Positions 1-10,378 of a stretch of 64,000 nt of DNA are shown here, one piece after another. A program made the translations under genes and the position numbers. Position 1 is the stretch's first letter. Every line of letters starts with the position of its first letter. Origin of the DNA: an uncultured Leptospiraceae bacterium (GTDB lineage Bacteria > Spirochaetota > UBA4802 > UB4802); assembly GCA_964629365.1 (NCBI GenBank), contig CAZVRB010000001.1, forward strand, positions 38,693 through 102,692, given 5' to 3'. The notes beneath the pieces were generated by a model. It saw nothing but the letters and a program-made list of their open reading frames with translations, was not told the origin of the DNA and ran no database searches.

Positions 1-339
1 TCGTTTTGTATTATTCAAACCGATCGAGCCAATAAAAGAATCGCTGGCCATTTTAAACATTGTGGCACCACCCACAATCTTCGCCTTGAGCTGTTTCTTA
101 TCTGCTCCTTCAGATAACATATCATCTATCATCATTGGAATAGCCGTTTCAGCATATTTCTTTAGATTTACAGCCTCAGCTGTTTGATTCGGAAGCATAA
201 TATGCGCCAGGCCACCAACTCCCTTTTTCGGATCAAATACACATATGCCGATACACGAACCAAGAATAGTTCTCAGTATATCAGGTTTCTTTGCAACCTT
301 GTAATCAGCAATAGCAACCGTAATCAGCTTAAAATCCAT
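1..339 (-). CDS. cheD: Chemoreceptor glutamine deamidase CheD, N-terminal part (C-terminus lies beyond window start)
   Basis: Minus-strand translation from ATG at 337-339 reads MDFKLITVAIADYKV...VGGLAHIMLP, which matches the CheD family N-terminus. It directly follows the cheR stop (2-nt spacer). Confidence 0.7.
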   Translation of the reverse strand, partial: MDFKLITVAIADYKVAKKPDILRTILGSCIGICVFDPKKGVGGLAHIMLPNQTAEAVNLKKYAETAIPMMIDDMLSEGADKKQLKAKIVGGATMFKMASDSFIGSIGLNNTKR

Positions 340-340
340 A

Positions 341-1189
341 CTACTTCTCCTTTGGAATGTAGACCGGCGAATCAAGAATTTTCATGTAGCTGAAATCCTC
401 AGAAAGTGAATGTAATGTTTCAGAATGCCCTATGAAAAGGTACCCACCAGGATTTAATACTTTATAAAAATTTCCAACCAGTTCCTTCTGATGCTGTCTG
501 TCAAAATATATCATCACATTTCGGCAAAAGATTATATCAAGATCATCTGGAAATTTACTTTTAAACAGGTTTATATAAGAAAATGAAACGAGATTTTTCA
601 GATTTTCATTAACCGTATACACTTCAGGGTTATCCCTGTTCTGGGTAAAATATTTTTTTAATAGTGGCGCTGATACCTTTTCTATCCTTCTACCTGAATA
701 ATGGCCGTCCCTGGCGAATTCAAGAACCGATGGTGCAATATCAGTTGCCACTATCTGTATATCCCAGTCCGGGAAAAGGTGCATATTCTCACGTACACAT
801 ATAGCTATGGTATAGGGTTCTTCACCCGTTGAACACCCGGCACTCCATATCCGCAATCTTTTTTTTTGCTTTTTCTTTACGATATCAGGAAAACAATATT
901 TTGATAGTGCTTCAAACTGCCTCTCATTTCTAAAAAAATATGTTTCATTTGTAGAAACAACATCCAACAATGCCTCAAGTTCTTTTGTTTTATCTTTTAG
1001 CGAGGTTATATAATCATAATACTGGGCAAATTCATCAAGATTCAACGCCTTAAGCCTTTTCCGCAGCCTGTTTGACAACAGTGTTATCTTAGCATCCTTA
1101 AGAAATATCCCGCTTTCTTCATATATAAGCCTGGCAAAATTTCTAAATTCATCTTCTGTTAATCTTTTGATACTGTTAAAATCGATCAT
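341..1189 (-). CDS. cheR: Chemotaxis protein methyltransferase CheR
   Basis: 282-aa ORF with CheR N-terminal helical domain and SAM-dependent methyltransferase core (IWSAGCSTGEEPYTIA motif). Confidence 0.85.
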   Translation of the reverse strand: MIDFNSIKRLTEDEFRNFARLIYEESGIFLKDAKITLLSNRLRKRLKALNLDEFAQYYDYITSLKDKTKELEALLDVVSTNETYFFRNERQFEALSKYCFPDIVKKKQKKRLRIWSAGCSTGEEPYTIAICVRENMHLFPDWDIQIVATDIAPSVLEFARDGHYSGRRIEKVSAPLLKKYFTQNRDNPEVYTVNENLKNLVSFSYINLFKSKFPDDLDIIFCRNVMIYFDRQHQKELVGNFYKVLNPGGYLFIGHSETLHSLSEDFSYMKILDSPVYIPKEK

Positions 1190-1241
1190 TTACTCTTACT
1201 CCAGGTTTTAACGGGCCAAGTGAATTAAGCAACTGCATCCA

Positions 1242-2117
1242 TCACAGTGAAGATGAAAGGTTTAAGATCAACTTCAATTCACCGAGTGGAATTCCAGATG
1301 ATCTTGCGAGGACATCGAGTGGGTACCCCTGTTTATACAGGTCAGCCACCAGTCCGTATTTGTCGTCTGCACCACTGAACATTTCTTCCAGGTTATCACC
1401 CTGCACCGGTGCCACATCTTCTTTTTCTGTTTCCAGTTCTTCTTTTACTTTTGTATCAATATCAGTAGAAAGATTTAAGGAAGAGAAATCCTTCTCAATA
1501 GTTATATCAAACGAGTTTCCTTTTTGCAGTGCCTCAATTTCATCGACACTGCCTTTTTCTCGTAATGATTTTCTGCTTTCGACATTTTTGGGAAATTTAT
1601 CTTTAAAGTCCACCAGAAAATTTTTTACCACAGACCACTTTTCATAGAATACATCATTAAAAGATTTCCCTTTTTTCACCATAATTGTTTTATCAACAGC
1701 AGATTGTCTATGATCATGTATTTTAGTATCAGGTTCATCAGACGTGCCTTCATTGCCAGCTGAAAAATCTTGATTTTCTATTCGGTCACTTTTTTCATCA
1801 CCGAGAGTAATATCAATTGAAGACAATTGTCCACTTTCTCTCAGCAGTTTTTTCATTATATTAATCTTATTCTCTAGAAGAGATATGTTTCTTTCAGCTG
1901 TATTATTAAATTCCCTGATAACTTCGTCCATTTCCCTGCGAAATTTCTTTTCCCTGTATTCTGATGCGCTCTTTTCCAGCTTCAAACTGATTACAAGGTA
2001 AAAAACAGTCCCCAGTGCAATATTTATTACTATCAGGATGAACAATTGCATAGTATTCCAAGTTCCTCCACTTTTTATACCTTTTGATTCATAAACCAAT
2101 AGGTCCGACAAAATCAA
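1242..2117 (-). CDS. Hypothetical membrane-anchored coiled-coil protein with C-terminal HTH-like segment
   Basis: N-terminal hydrophobic helix (LFILIVINIALGTVFYLVISL), charged coiled-coil middle, C-terminal YGLVADLYKQGYPLDVLARSSGIPLGELKLIL resembling a helix-turn-helix. No family recognised. Confidence 0.4.
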   Translation of the reverse strand: MILSDLLVYESKGIKSGGTWNTMQLFILIVINIALGTVFYLVISLKLEKSASEYREKKFRREMDEVIREFNNTAERNISLLENKINIMKKLLRESGQLSSIDITLGDEKSDRIENQDFSAGNEGTSDEPDTKIHDHRQSAVDKTIMVKKGKSFNDVFYEKWSVVKNFLVDFKDKFPKNVESRKSLREKGSVDEIEALQKGNSFDITIEKDFSSLNLSTDIDTKVKEELETEKEDVAPVQGDNLEEMFSGADDKYGLVADLYKQGYPLDVLARSSGIPLGELKLILNLSSSL

Positions 2118-2134
2118 TAATTATGGTGGTACAA

Positions 2135-2461
2135 TTATTTGCGGATGTCTATAATCCTGCCAATGGTATCATCTTCATGTGCTTTTTGAGTATCACTGTC
2201 ACGGCTGTCTGTTTCACTTTTTTTTCGTTTTTGCCAGCCCTTCTGTCCTCTTCCTGATTCTTTTTCATTATCTCTTATAGGTTCGTTTTCAGATCTCTTG
2301 TTCTCCTCAACACGTTCCTTTTGTAGATTTGTTTTATCTTTTGCTTCTTTTTCAAGAACATGCTGTTGCTCCAGCAACGCAGAGTGACGTGCTTGCTCTC
2401 CACGGGCAACTTCAGTTATTTGCGCTATATGTACTTGCAGGTCAATGGGTTTTACAGACAT
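2135..2461 (-). CDS. Hypothetical small highly charged protein
   Basis: 108-aa ORF rich in K/E/R/D, in operon position between FapA-like gene and the membrane protein. No recognisable family (does not resemble the FlgM C-terminus). Confidence 0.35.
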   Translation of the reverse strand: MSVKPIDLQVHIAQITEVARGEQARHSALLEQQHVLEKEAKDKTNLQKERVEENKRSENEPIRDNEKESGRGQKGWQKRKKSETDSRDSDTQKAHEDDTIGRIIDIRK

Positions 2462-2482
2462 AGCATCACCATGTCACTTTAT

Positions 2483-4462
2483 TTAACGTCTTCGTCTTAC
2501 CGTTCTTATGTGTTGCTGCATATCTTCCATGTCAGGAGCTTCGTACTCTGATAATCGAATTTCACCTGCTTCCAGCATAAACTTGATATTATTATAAGGA
2601 TCCTTAACATTAAATCTTTTATCTTTTATATAAATCTCAACTCCTGGAAATGCTGTTTTCTCCGCATTGACTTTACCCTTGTGTTCCAGCATTCCCAGAT
2701 AGGCTTTTAGTTCTTCCAGTTCAAGATTCAGTTCATTGAGGCGCATCTCCATTTTCTGTTTCTGTCCAAGAAGCTTATTGAGCATTTCTTCCCTGTCCTT
2801 GGGCAGCTTGCCACCTGCGGTTGTTTTTTGATGAGTAAGAGTTGTAACATCCTTTTTAACTTTTTCATATTCTTTGCTTACAGTTGTTTTATTCTCTTCA
2901 AGGTCTGAAAGCTGCTGTAAAACCTTTGGATTCATGCCAACCCGTATCTCCGTTCTGGTGAAAGAATCAGAACCTATATACCTGGCATTAACCTCTTCAC
3001 CAGCCCGTAGCACGCCACCAACAATTCGTGCCCGTCTGCCATGACAAAGAATTCTTTCACCAGCGTCAGCGTGTGAATGCATAATACCTTCTGCCACGAT
3101 TATATCTTTTTCGGCGATAACGTTTGACGTCTGTATAAACTTGGCATATATGGATCCGCCGGTTGATTCGATTCTTGCTTCTTCACGACCCATTATTCCC
3201 TGGCGAATGATAACATCCCCTTCGGCCTCGAGAAAAGCTTTCTGAACTGACCCCTTCACCTCGATATTACCGGCAGCCTTTACCGTAAAATTATCCATCA
3301 CGCTGCCGGAAACAACAACTGACCCAAGAAATACAATATTTCCTGTTTCAAGCGACACATCACCTTTTACATAATATACCGGTTCTACACTAATTTTCCC
3401 ACTCTGATAAACGACCTGTCCATTTATCTCGGCGGTAAGTTCGGTACCATCTTCTGAAAGAATAGTACCCTTACCATGTTTAATCTGTGTATCCTTACCT
3501 GATCGTGCCGGAATGATACGGTTTGTTACCGTTCTTCCGGGAACACCCTCTTCGGCAGGAACCTTGACTGCCAGCACCTGTCCTACAACCACGTTCTCAA
3601 GAAGATCAAGATCCCTGAAATTCACCTGCCCCTTCTCGTCTTCCTCGAAGGTAACATCAGACTTGTCAATACGTACCTTGTAATCAATATACGCGTCTCG
3701 TCCATGCCGTGGACGAACTCCTTCTGCCGCGATCAATGGCTGGCTGTAATCCATGTTCTCCAGGTACTCGGCAATCTTTTCTTCCTTGATCCCCGTTACT
3801 ACGCCATTTGATTTCAGCGAATCCAGTATATCATCCATGTCCATGTGACGCCCCGAGAAGCGGGGTGGGCTGAAATGAACGACCGCTTTCATCTCATCTT
3901 CGGTAATTTCTACCGACATGGTGCTGTCGAATTCAGGATTGGGAACCCATTCACCAATCTTAACAGGTTTACCCGATGCTTTCTTAACCTCCTTTTCCAC
4001 TTTTGCCATGTCCGCACTGTTTAGTCGCATGGAATAAAGTGTGGTGGTCACATCATTGACATCCACCTTTTTACCATCACCTTTTGGCGGGGTAACTTTT
4101 AGCCAGACACCTGTCTTTGTAACACGTATGGAGGATTTGCCATGTTTGTCCTTATCAGCATTTCGAAGTTCCAGGTCAACATCAGAAATTTTCCCAAGTT
4201 TTTGCTCAATTGCACTGATGTCATCTTCATCATACTGAATTCTGGCGGGTTTAATTAAGACCTTGTAAGGCTGCCTGCCCATTCCAAGCAGCCCCTTTGT
4301 TCCTTTTTCAATTATTTCATAGTCCAGTTCGGATATATCAAGGTGTAGTTCATCGGCAGCAAGTTCCAGTGCCTGTCGGACTGAATCAGCATATACCTCA
4401 ACTTCATCTTCAGTGGATTCTTCATCTTCAAAAGTTGTAAGCAGGTCTTTTAAATTCTTCAT
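2483..4462 (-). CDS. FapA-like flagellar assembly protein (DUF342) with Jag-N-like N-terminal domain
   Basis: 659 aa. N-terminus (VEVYADSVRQALELAADELHL...KGLLGMGRQPYKV) resembles a Jag_N domain. Long central beta-rich region with repeated G-x-V/I motifs and C-terminal coiled coil are typical of DUF342/FapA. Located immediately downstream of fliA. Confidence 0.6.
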   Translation of the reverse strand: MKNLKDLLTTFEDEESTEDEVEVYADSVRQALELAADELHLDISELDYEIIEKGTKGLLGMGRQPYKVLIKPARIQYDEDDISAIEQKLGKISDVDLELRNADKDKHGKSSIRVTKTGVWLKVTPPKGDGKKVDVNDVTTTLYSMRLNSADMAKVEKEVKKASGKPVKIGEWVPNPEFDSTMSVEITEDEMKAVVHFSPPRFSGRHMDMDDILDSLKSNGVVTGIKEEKIAEYLENMDYSQPLIAAEGVRPRHGRDAYIDYKVRIDKSDVTFEEDEKGQVNFRDLDLLENVVVGQVLAVKVPAEEGVPGRTVTNRIIPARSGKDTQIKHGKGTILSEDGTELTAEINGQVVYQSGKISVEPVYYVKGDVSLETGNIVFLGSVVVSGSVMDNFTVKAAGNIEVKGSVQKAFLEAEGDVIIRQGIMGREEARIESTGGSIYAKFIQTSNVIAEKDIIVAEGIMHSHADAGERILCHGRRARIVGGVLRAGEEVNARYIGSDSFTRTEIRVGMNPKVLQQLSDLEENKTTVSKEYEKVKKDVTTLTHQKTTAGGKLPKDREEMLNKLLGQKQKMEMRLNELNLELEELKAYLGMLEHKGKVNAEKTAFPGVEIYIKDKRFNVKDPYNNIKFMLEAGEIRLSEYEAPDMEDMQQHIRTVRRRR

Positions 4463-4465
4463 TTG

Positions 4466-5266
4466 CTAACCGACAATATTTGATTTGATCCTTCCAAGAC
4501 GTCCTCTAAGTCTCATGATTGCCTTCGTATGCAGCTGTGAAACCCTGCTTTCGGTCACTTCAAGTACTTCCCCTATCTCTTTTAGTGTCAGATCTTCATA
4601 ATAATAGAGAACTATTACCTTTTTTTCCTTATCAGGCAGTTTCTTAATAGCTTCTACAATATAATCTCTTATCTCTTCTTTTTCTATCAAAACGTCCGGA
4701 TTCATGCTGTCAGGAGCTTCAAGTGTTTCCATTATGGAAAGCTCGTCTTTGTCATCCCCCATGTACCATATATCATTGAGTGACAATATCGCTGTGCCGC
4801 TTAACTTATTCAACAGTGACTGAAATTCATCATTTGAAACTCCCAGTTCACGGGCAATTTCTTCGTCTTCAACGGTTCTGCCAAGTTTATTCTCCAACTC
4901 GGATATAACCTGTTCTATCTGCTTGGCCTTTTGGCGTATTGACCGGGGAATCCAGTCAATTGACCGTAATTCATCAAAAATGGCACCCCTGATACGGGTC
5001 ATGGCATATGTTTTGAACTTGATACCCCTGTCGGGATCAAATTTAGTTATCGCATCAATAAGACCAAACACACCATATGAAACCAGGTCGTCAAATTCGA
5101 TATTCTGGGGCATACCCATCGAGACTTTACCCGCAACATACTTCACCAGGGGAGCATATTTAATAACAAAATAGTCCCGGATATCCTGTTCCTGGGTTTT
5201 GACGAATTTTTTCCAGAGTTCTTCTTCGTCGATCTTATCGAATGCCTCGAACTTTTTGTTGTTCAT
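4466..5266 (-). CDS. fliA: Flagellar RNA polymerase sigma factor FliA/WhiG (sigma-28)
   Basis: 266 aa with sigma-70 region 2 ([23 protein letters not shown]), region 3 and region 4 HTH ([29 protein letters not shown]). Confidence 0.85.
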   Translation of the reverse strand: MNNKKFEAFDKIDEEELWKKFVKTQEQDIRDYFVIKYAPLVKYVAGKVSMGMPQNIEFDDLVSYGVFGLIDAITKFDPDRGIKFKTYAMTRIRGAIFDELRSIDWIPRSIRQKAKQIEQVISELENKLGRTVEDEEIARELGVSNDEFQSLLNKLSGTAILSLNDIWYMGDDKDELSIMETLEAPDSMNPDVLIEKEEIRDYIVEAIKKLPDKEKKVIVLYYYEDLTLKEIGEVLEVTESRVSQLHTKAIMRLRGRLGRIKSNIVG

Positions 5267-5283
5267 ATAAAACCTTTTTTATA

Positions 5284-5871
5284 TTATTCCTTATCTCTGC
5301 CCATAATAGTTCGTATTGCCTCGGCCATTACCTTTGGTTCATACTTCACTTTCTTATCATCAAGTATAATATGTTTCCCCATCTGGCCGGAACTGGTATC
5401 CTGGCCACTTCCAGCCCTGGGATAATCATCTTTATCAAGGGGAGTAAAGGCTTCTTCATGGACATCGCTATCCGGTTGTGCCATTCCCTGCCCTGTAGAT
5501 TGCTCCCCTTCTGTAAAAGAACTCTCTTCTGCACCTGTTGCGTATTTCTCAGAGGCACTGTCACTGTCTTTCTGCTCAGGAATTTCCGAATCAAGCACGG
5601 CATCCTCAGGCTCGTCCGGAACCGTGTCTGTTTTAATACCTCCCGCAAAAATATTGTACACCTCTGGAACAAATTGCTTTAATATGATCATGGCCGCCAG
5701 GCCAATGACCGCAAATATGAATGTCATAGTGAATGTACGGCCTACTATCAATACGGGGCTGTTCCCTGCAAGAAGGCTAACGATAAATGTCACCAGCAAC
5801 GCCGTCAGCCCCATAATAAGTGCCGAACGAACTTCAACTGGAATTCTTTTAAAATCTATCATCATGACCAC
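5284..5871 (-). CDS. Hypothetical membrane protein (two N-terminal TM helices, acidic C-terminal tail)
   Basis: 195-aa ORF between flhG and fliA. Two hydrophobic helices followed by a D/E/S-rich region. No recognised family. Confidence 0.4.
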   Translation of the reverse strand: MVMMIDFKRIPVEVRSALIMGLTALLVTFIVSLLAGNSPVLIVGRTFTMTFIFAVIGLAAMIILKQFVPEVYNIFAGGIKTDTVPDEPEDAVLDSEIPEQKDSDSASEKYATGAEESSFTEGEQSTGQGMAQPDSDVHEEAFTPLDKDDYPRAGSGQDTSSGQMGKHIILDDKKVKYEPKVMAEAIRTIMGRDKE

Positions 5872-6007
5872 GTTGTCTTCCAGGACTGTTTATTAGTAAG
5901 AATACTACATCGTTATCATAAATCAAGTAGTATTTACCTCATACAGGCTAATTTCATCATTTATAATGAAATATAGCTCGTTTTCCTGTTATTATACCAA
6001 TAAATAC

Positions 6008-6925
6008 TTATAATCCTTCCTCCTCTTCGGGTCTGAAAAGTCGCTTGAAAAAATTCATCATTCCGCTTCCTTTCATATCCTCTGTCTCGGAATGGGTCAA
6101 CCTGTCAGCGATAATATCCACGCAGCTGGATGCCCTGCACTTGGGATAACTTGCGATAAATGGCTTTTGATTACGTATTGACTTGGACACATACATGTCC
6201 TCAAATATAAAGCCAAGATTCTCTACTTTAATATTCAGAAATTGCCCGGCAATGTTGATAACACGCTGAGCAACACGTTTCCCCTCAGACACACTTTGCA
6301 CCCGGTTGACAACGAGTTTTACAGTTTTATCCGGCGCATTGGCCGCGATGGCTTTTATTGTACCATACGCGTCTGTAATAGCGGTGGGTTCCGGGGTTGT
6401 AATAACGATCACCTCGTCTGATGCTACGAGGAAGCTCAGCACGTTCTGAGAAATGCCAGCACCGGTATCCACCACCATAAAATCATCTGACCCCAGCTCA
6501 GATAGTGCCTTAATGAACTCTTCTCTCTGTTTAATATCAAGATTTGCCAGCTGGTGAAAGCCTGAAGCTCCTGCGATGATCTTTATGCCTTCCGGTACAT
6601 CAATAATAATATCTTTCAGCTTTTTCTTGCCTTTTATAACATGATACAGGTTATACTTGGGTATTATCCCAAGAACAACGTTGATATTTGCAAGGCCAAG
6701 GTCTGCATCAAGAAGGGTTACCGATTTTCCGCGCTGTGAAAGCGCAATCGAAAAACTTACCGCAAAACTCGTTTTGCCAACACCACCCTTCCCGCTGGTA
6801 ATGGCAATCGTTTTCGTTTTACTGCCCGTATTGCTGTTCTCTATGACCAGTTTGCGGAGATTAGCTGCCTGATCCAAATTCCACCTCCCCTCATGAAGCA
6901 GTTTTTCCAATAACCATATCAACAA
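6008..6925 (-). CDS. flhG: Flagellar number regulator FlhG/FleN (MinD-type ATPase)
   Basis: Deviant Walker A (ITSGKGGVGKTSF), MinD/ParA fold. N-terminal DQAANLR motif typical of the FlhF-activating helix of FlhG. True start probably downstream of the listed one. Confidence 0.85.
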   Translation of the reverse strand: MLIWLLEKLLHEGRWNLDQAANLRKLVIENSNTGSKTKTIAITSGKGGVGKTSFAVSFSIALSQRGKSVTLLDADLGLANINVVLGIIPKYNLYHVIKGKKKLKDIIIDVPEGIKIIAGASGFHQLANLDIKQREEFIKALSELGSDDFMVVDTGAGISQNVLSFLVASDEVIVITTPEPTAITDAYGTIKAIAANAPDKTVKLVVNRVQSVSEGKRVAQRVINIAGQFLNIKVENLGFIFEDMYVSKSIRNQKPFIASYPKCRASSCVDIIADRLTHSETEDMKGSGMMNFFKRLFRPEEEEGL

Positions 6926-8216
6926 TGGAATCGCTGTTGGCTACAGATATATCATTGGGAACTTCCTGCCCATTTGTATAATATGCTATCGGCTTATTAT
7001 ACTTATCGGCAACATCTATTACATTCCCAATGAAAGTTGTTTCATCAACTTTTGTGATTATAACACTGTCAATATTAATTTTTTCGTAAGAACGAAATAC
7101 ATCCATCAGGTCAACCTTCTTGGTATTGGCGCTCACACAAAGCACTTTCTGAATTTCGTGTCCTGACGCATCGGCGAACGCCTTGATCTCTGAAATCTTC
7201 AATTCACTTCTGTGACTTCTTCCGGAAGTATCTACCATTATAATATCTGCTGATTCGTTTTCCAGCACTTCTTTAAAAGAATTATGATCAATCACCACGT
7301 GAATTGGGATTTTCATTATTTCCGCATACTTTTTCAACTGCTCAGTTGCTGCTATTCGGTAATTATCTATGGTTATAAAAGAAACCTTTACCCCTTCACG
7401 CAACGCGTATATGGCTCCCAGCTTGGCCATGGTTGTGGTCTTACCTACTCCTGTAGGCCCTATGAACATCAGCACTTTTTTCTTCTTACCTTTTTCGATG
7501 GGACCGCTCACCACGATCTTGCTTTTAAGGAGATCACGCAGACTTTTTTCTATTTTATACTTGTCCTTCATGTCTTCGCTGCTTACTGAACGTTTAACCT
7601 TTCCAAGCATCTCATGGCATTCATCATCATTAAAATCGTTGTTCTTGAGCATCTCCCGAAAATGCTGCATAACCTCATCATTTTCGTCGTCCTGCTTTTC
7701 CGGTGAATGACTTTTCGTCTCTTTTTGATCGAGCAGCATGTTCAGCATACTTTTAAGCTCATGAAATTCTTTTTCAAGTTTTTCAAATGACTGCCTGTCT
7801 TTCTCACCATCAAGCCCTTGTGCCACCGGGGAAGATTTTTCTTTTTCAGCCTCGTTTGTCTCCTGGGCAGCTTTTTTGGCAATACCGGGATTCAAAATTT
7901 CAGTACTGCTGCTTTGCACAGCTGCCTGGGTGCCAGCAAACTGCTTCTGGGATTCAGTTTGCCGTCCTGCAGCAGCATTATCTCCAACGGTAATATCAAA
8001 TCCCGTTTTCTGTGCCGGTTTTATTCTTGGCACATTTTTCCGTTCGGGTATAGCGGCAGTCAATTCTACAATATCCCGGGCGAAAAAACTGGTGTTGAAC
8101 AGGCCCCCGTCTTTCACGTTCTTATGACTGATGGGTATGGCATCGTCCCCATGCTCCATCTTCAGGTTCATCATTGCCTCGTTATAAGTTTTCGCTCTTA
8201 TTTTTACGTATCTCAT
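6891..8216 (-). CDS. flhF: Flagellar biosynthesis GTPase FlhF (SRP-type)
   Basis: 441 aa. C-terminal SRP54-type NG domain (FIGPTGVGKTTTMAKLGA, DTSGRS motifs), low-complexity N-terminal B domain. Confidence 0.85.
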   Translation of the reverse strand: MRYVKIRAKTYNEAMMNLKMEHGDDAIPISHKNVKDGGLFNTSFFARDIVELTAAIPERKNVPRIKPAQKTGFDITVGDNAAAGRQTESQKQFAGTQAAVQSSSTEILNPGIAKKAAQETNEAEKEKSSPVAQGLDGEKDRQSFEKLEKEFHELKSMLNMLLDQKETKSHSPEKQDDENDEVMQHFREMLKNNDFNDDECHEMLGKVKRSVSSEDMKDKYKIEKSLRDLLKSKIVVSGPIEKGKKKKVLMFIGPTGVGKTTTMAKLGAIYALREGVKVSFITIDNYRIAATEQLKKYAEIMKIPIHVVIDHNSFKEVLENESADIIMVDTSGRSHRSELKISEIKAFADASGHEIQKVLCVSANTKKVDLMDVFRSYEKINIDSVIITKVDETTFIGNVIDVADKYNKPIAYYTNGQEVPNDISVANSDSIVDMVIGKTAS

Positions 8217-8249
8217 AACACCATTCTCCTCGTTTTGTTAAATATTTCA

Positions 8250-10355
8250 TCACGCACTTTGCTTAGACAGCAATGCTGTTGCCACTATATTCACCTGTAT
8301 GTCAGGTACAATTTCATTATATGAGAACACTACCGGCTCAGGAACTTCCCTTTCCAGCAATGTAAAGGTGACACTGCGTATCTGTGGAGACACCAGGTAC
8401 ACCGGTAGGAATCCCGTGTTTCGCGCTTCGGTGTATGCTTCAAGCAAAGACTTCAAGACCCTCGAATGAGTATCCGGATCAAGACCTACTACCCGTCCCT
8501 CGATTGGATCATCATGTATAGAGTTTCTAATCACGTTCTCAATCTCTGGATCAACAGTAATGACCGACAGAACCTTGTCAGAATCCACGTATTCACGGCA
8601 TATCTGCCTGGCCAGCGAAACTCGTACATATTCAGTCAATAATCCAATATCCTTCGTATATTCCGCGTAACTTGCCAATGTCTCCATAATGGTTACCATG
8701 TTGCGAATCGATACCCGTTCACGAAGCAGTGACTGCAGCACCTTTTGCACCTCGCCAAGTGTCATCTTTTTCTCACCGATCAATTCGTTCACTACTGCCG
8801 GATAATCATTCTTTATATTATCAATAAGCTGCTGTACTTCCTGTCTACCCAGTATTTCATCGGCATGTCTCTTTATAAGTTCAGTCAGGTGTGTTGCGAT
8901 AATAGTAGGACAATCAACAACTGTATATCCTTTTCTCTCTGCCATGTCACGGGTTTCAGTATCAATCCATATGGCCTTCAGGTTGAAAACAGGCTCAATG
9001 AATTCCTGGCCTTCTATCTTTTCTTCAACAGTACCCGGATCCATTGCCATAAGGTTGCCCACCTGCAGGGTTCCCCGTCCCACCTCTACGCCTTTTATCA
9101 ACAGTGAATATTCCTGCGGCCCCAGTTCCATGTTATCACGTATACGAATTGGGGGGACAATGAGGCCCATCTCAAGGGCACTTCTTCTCCTGATATTGGT
9201 TATCCTCTCAAGGAGTGTTCCCCCCTGATCAGGATCAGCAAGGGGGATCAGGCTGTACCCGATTTCAAGCTCCAGTGGATCCACCTGTATCAATGGCAGC
9301 ACAGATTCAGGCTTATGCTCACGCAGTGACGCTTCTTTCTCTTCCATGCGTGATTTTTCTTCTTCCTCTTCTTTCGTCTGCATCAGCACGTATCCCAGCG
9401 CGGCCAGTGAAATGGATATAAGCAGAACTGAAATCTTGGGAAATCCCGGGATAAGTACCGAGGCTCCCAGTGCTCCCGCGGTGAGAAAAAGCGCCCTGGG
9501 TTGTGAACCAAGCTGATTGGACAGGTCGGTACCGAGATTATCATCTGAAACTGCCCGTGTAACTATAATACCTGTTGCCGTTGTTATCAAAAGCGAGGGG
9601 ATCTGGGCCACAAGGCCATCACCAATACTTAAGAGGGTATAGGTTTCAAGTGCACCCTGGAAACTTTCTCCCCGCATTACCATTCCTACAATAAAACCAC
9701 CGATAATATTTATAATGGTGATAACGATGCCAACTTTTACATCACCCTGAACAAACTTTGACGCACCATCCATGGCCCCGTAAAAATCCGATTCCTTTCG
9801 AACTTCCTTTCTCTGTTTTAATCCTTCTTCTTCTGTAAGAATACCGTTTGAAAGATCAGAGTCTATACTCATCAGCTTCGCGGGCATTGCATCCAGGGTA
9901 AACCGGGCTGCGACTTCAGCGGTTCTTGTTGCACCCTTGGTGATAACGATAAACTGAACTGCAACAAGTATAATAAATATTATAAAACCAACAACGCAAT
10001 TCCCCCCTACTACAAACTCCCCGAAAGTACGAACAATCTTTCCATCAAAAGCAGACCCTTCCAGCAGAATCAGCCTTGTCGAGGATACGTTCAGGGCAAG
10101 CCTGAATACGGTGGTAACAAGCAATAACGACGGAAATACGGAAAAATCAAATGACCTGGCAACAAACATTACCACCAGGAGTGTAAGAATACCAATCATT
10201 ACACTGAGGGCCATGAGGAAGTCCAGGAGAAACGTAGGCAATGGTATTATCAGCATGGTAACCACTGCGATAACACCAAGCCCCATCAATACATCGGACT
10301 TCTGCATCCATTGCAGATCTTGTGAAAGATTGGATCTCATTTTCCCTTCTGCCAT
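8250..10355 (-). CDS. flhA: Flagellar export apparatus protein FlhA
   Basis: 701 aa. N-terminal polytopic membrane domain and large cytoplasmic domain with the characteristic FlhA sequence throughout. Confidence 0.9.
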   Translation of the reverse strand: MAEGKMRSNLSQDLQWMQKSDVLMGLGVIAVVTMLIIPLPTFLLDFLMALSVMIGILTLLVVMFVARSFDFSVFPSLLLVTTVFRLALNVSSTRLILLEGSAFDGKIVRTFGEFVVGGNCVVGFIIFIILVAVQFIVITKGATRTAEVAARFTLDAMPAKLMSIDSDLSNGILTEEEGLKQRKEVRKESDFYGAMDGASKFVQGDVKVGIVITIINIIGGFIVGMVMRGESFQGALETYTLLSIGDGLVAQIPSLLITTATGIIVTRAVSDDNLGTDLSNQLGSQPRALFLTAGALGASVLIPGFPKISVLLISISLAALGYVLMQTKEEEEEKSRMEEKEASLREHKPESVLPLIQVDPLELEIGYSLIPLADPDQGGTLLERITNIRRRSALEMGLIVPPIRIRDNMELGPQEYSLLIKGVEVGRGTLQVGNLMAMDPGTVEEKIEGQEFIEPVFNLKAIWIDTETRDMAERKGYTVVDCPTIIATHLTELIKRHADEILGRQEVQQLIDNIKNDYPAVVNELIGEKKMTLGEVQKVLQSLLRERVSIRNMVTIMETLASYAEYTKDIGLLTEYVRVSLARQICREYVDSDKVLSVITVDPEIENVIRNSIHDDPIEGRVVGLDPDTHSRVLKSLLEAYTEARNTGFLPVYLVSPQIRSVTFTLLEREVPEPVVFSYNEIVPDIQVNIVATALLSKQSA

Positions 10356-10378
10356 AACCTATAACCCCTGTCTCAACC

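Noticed and set aside
184-393. 69-aa plus-strand ORF at the cheD/cheR junction
   Set aside because: Overlaps the confidently assigned cheD N-terminus and cheR C-terminus on the opposite strand, with no family features.
5242-5682. 146-aa plus-strand ORF and 108-aa minus ORF (5346..5672) inside the hypothetical membrane-protein gene
   Set aside because: Overlapping alternative frames of the same region. The 195-aa frame gives a coherent TM plus acidic-tail protein in operon context.
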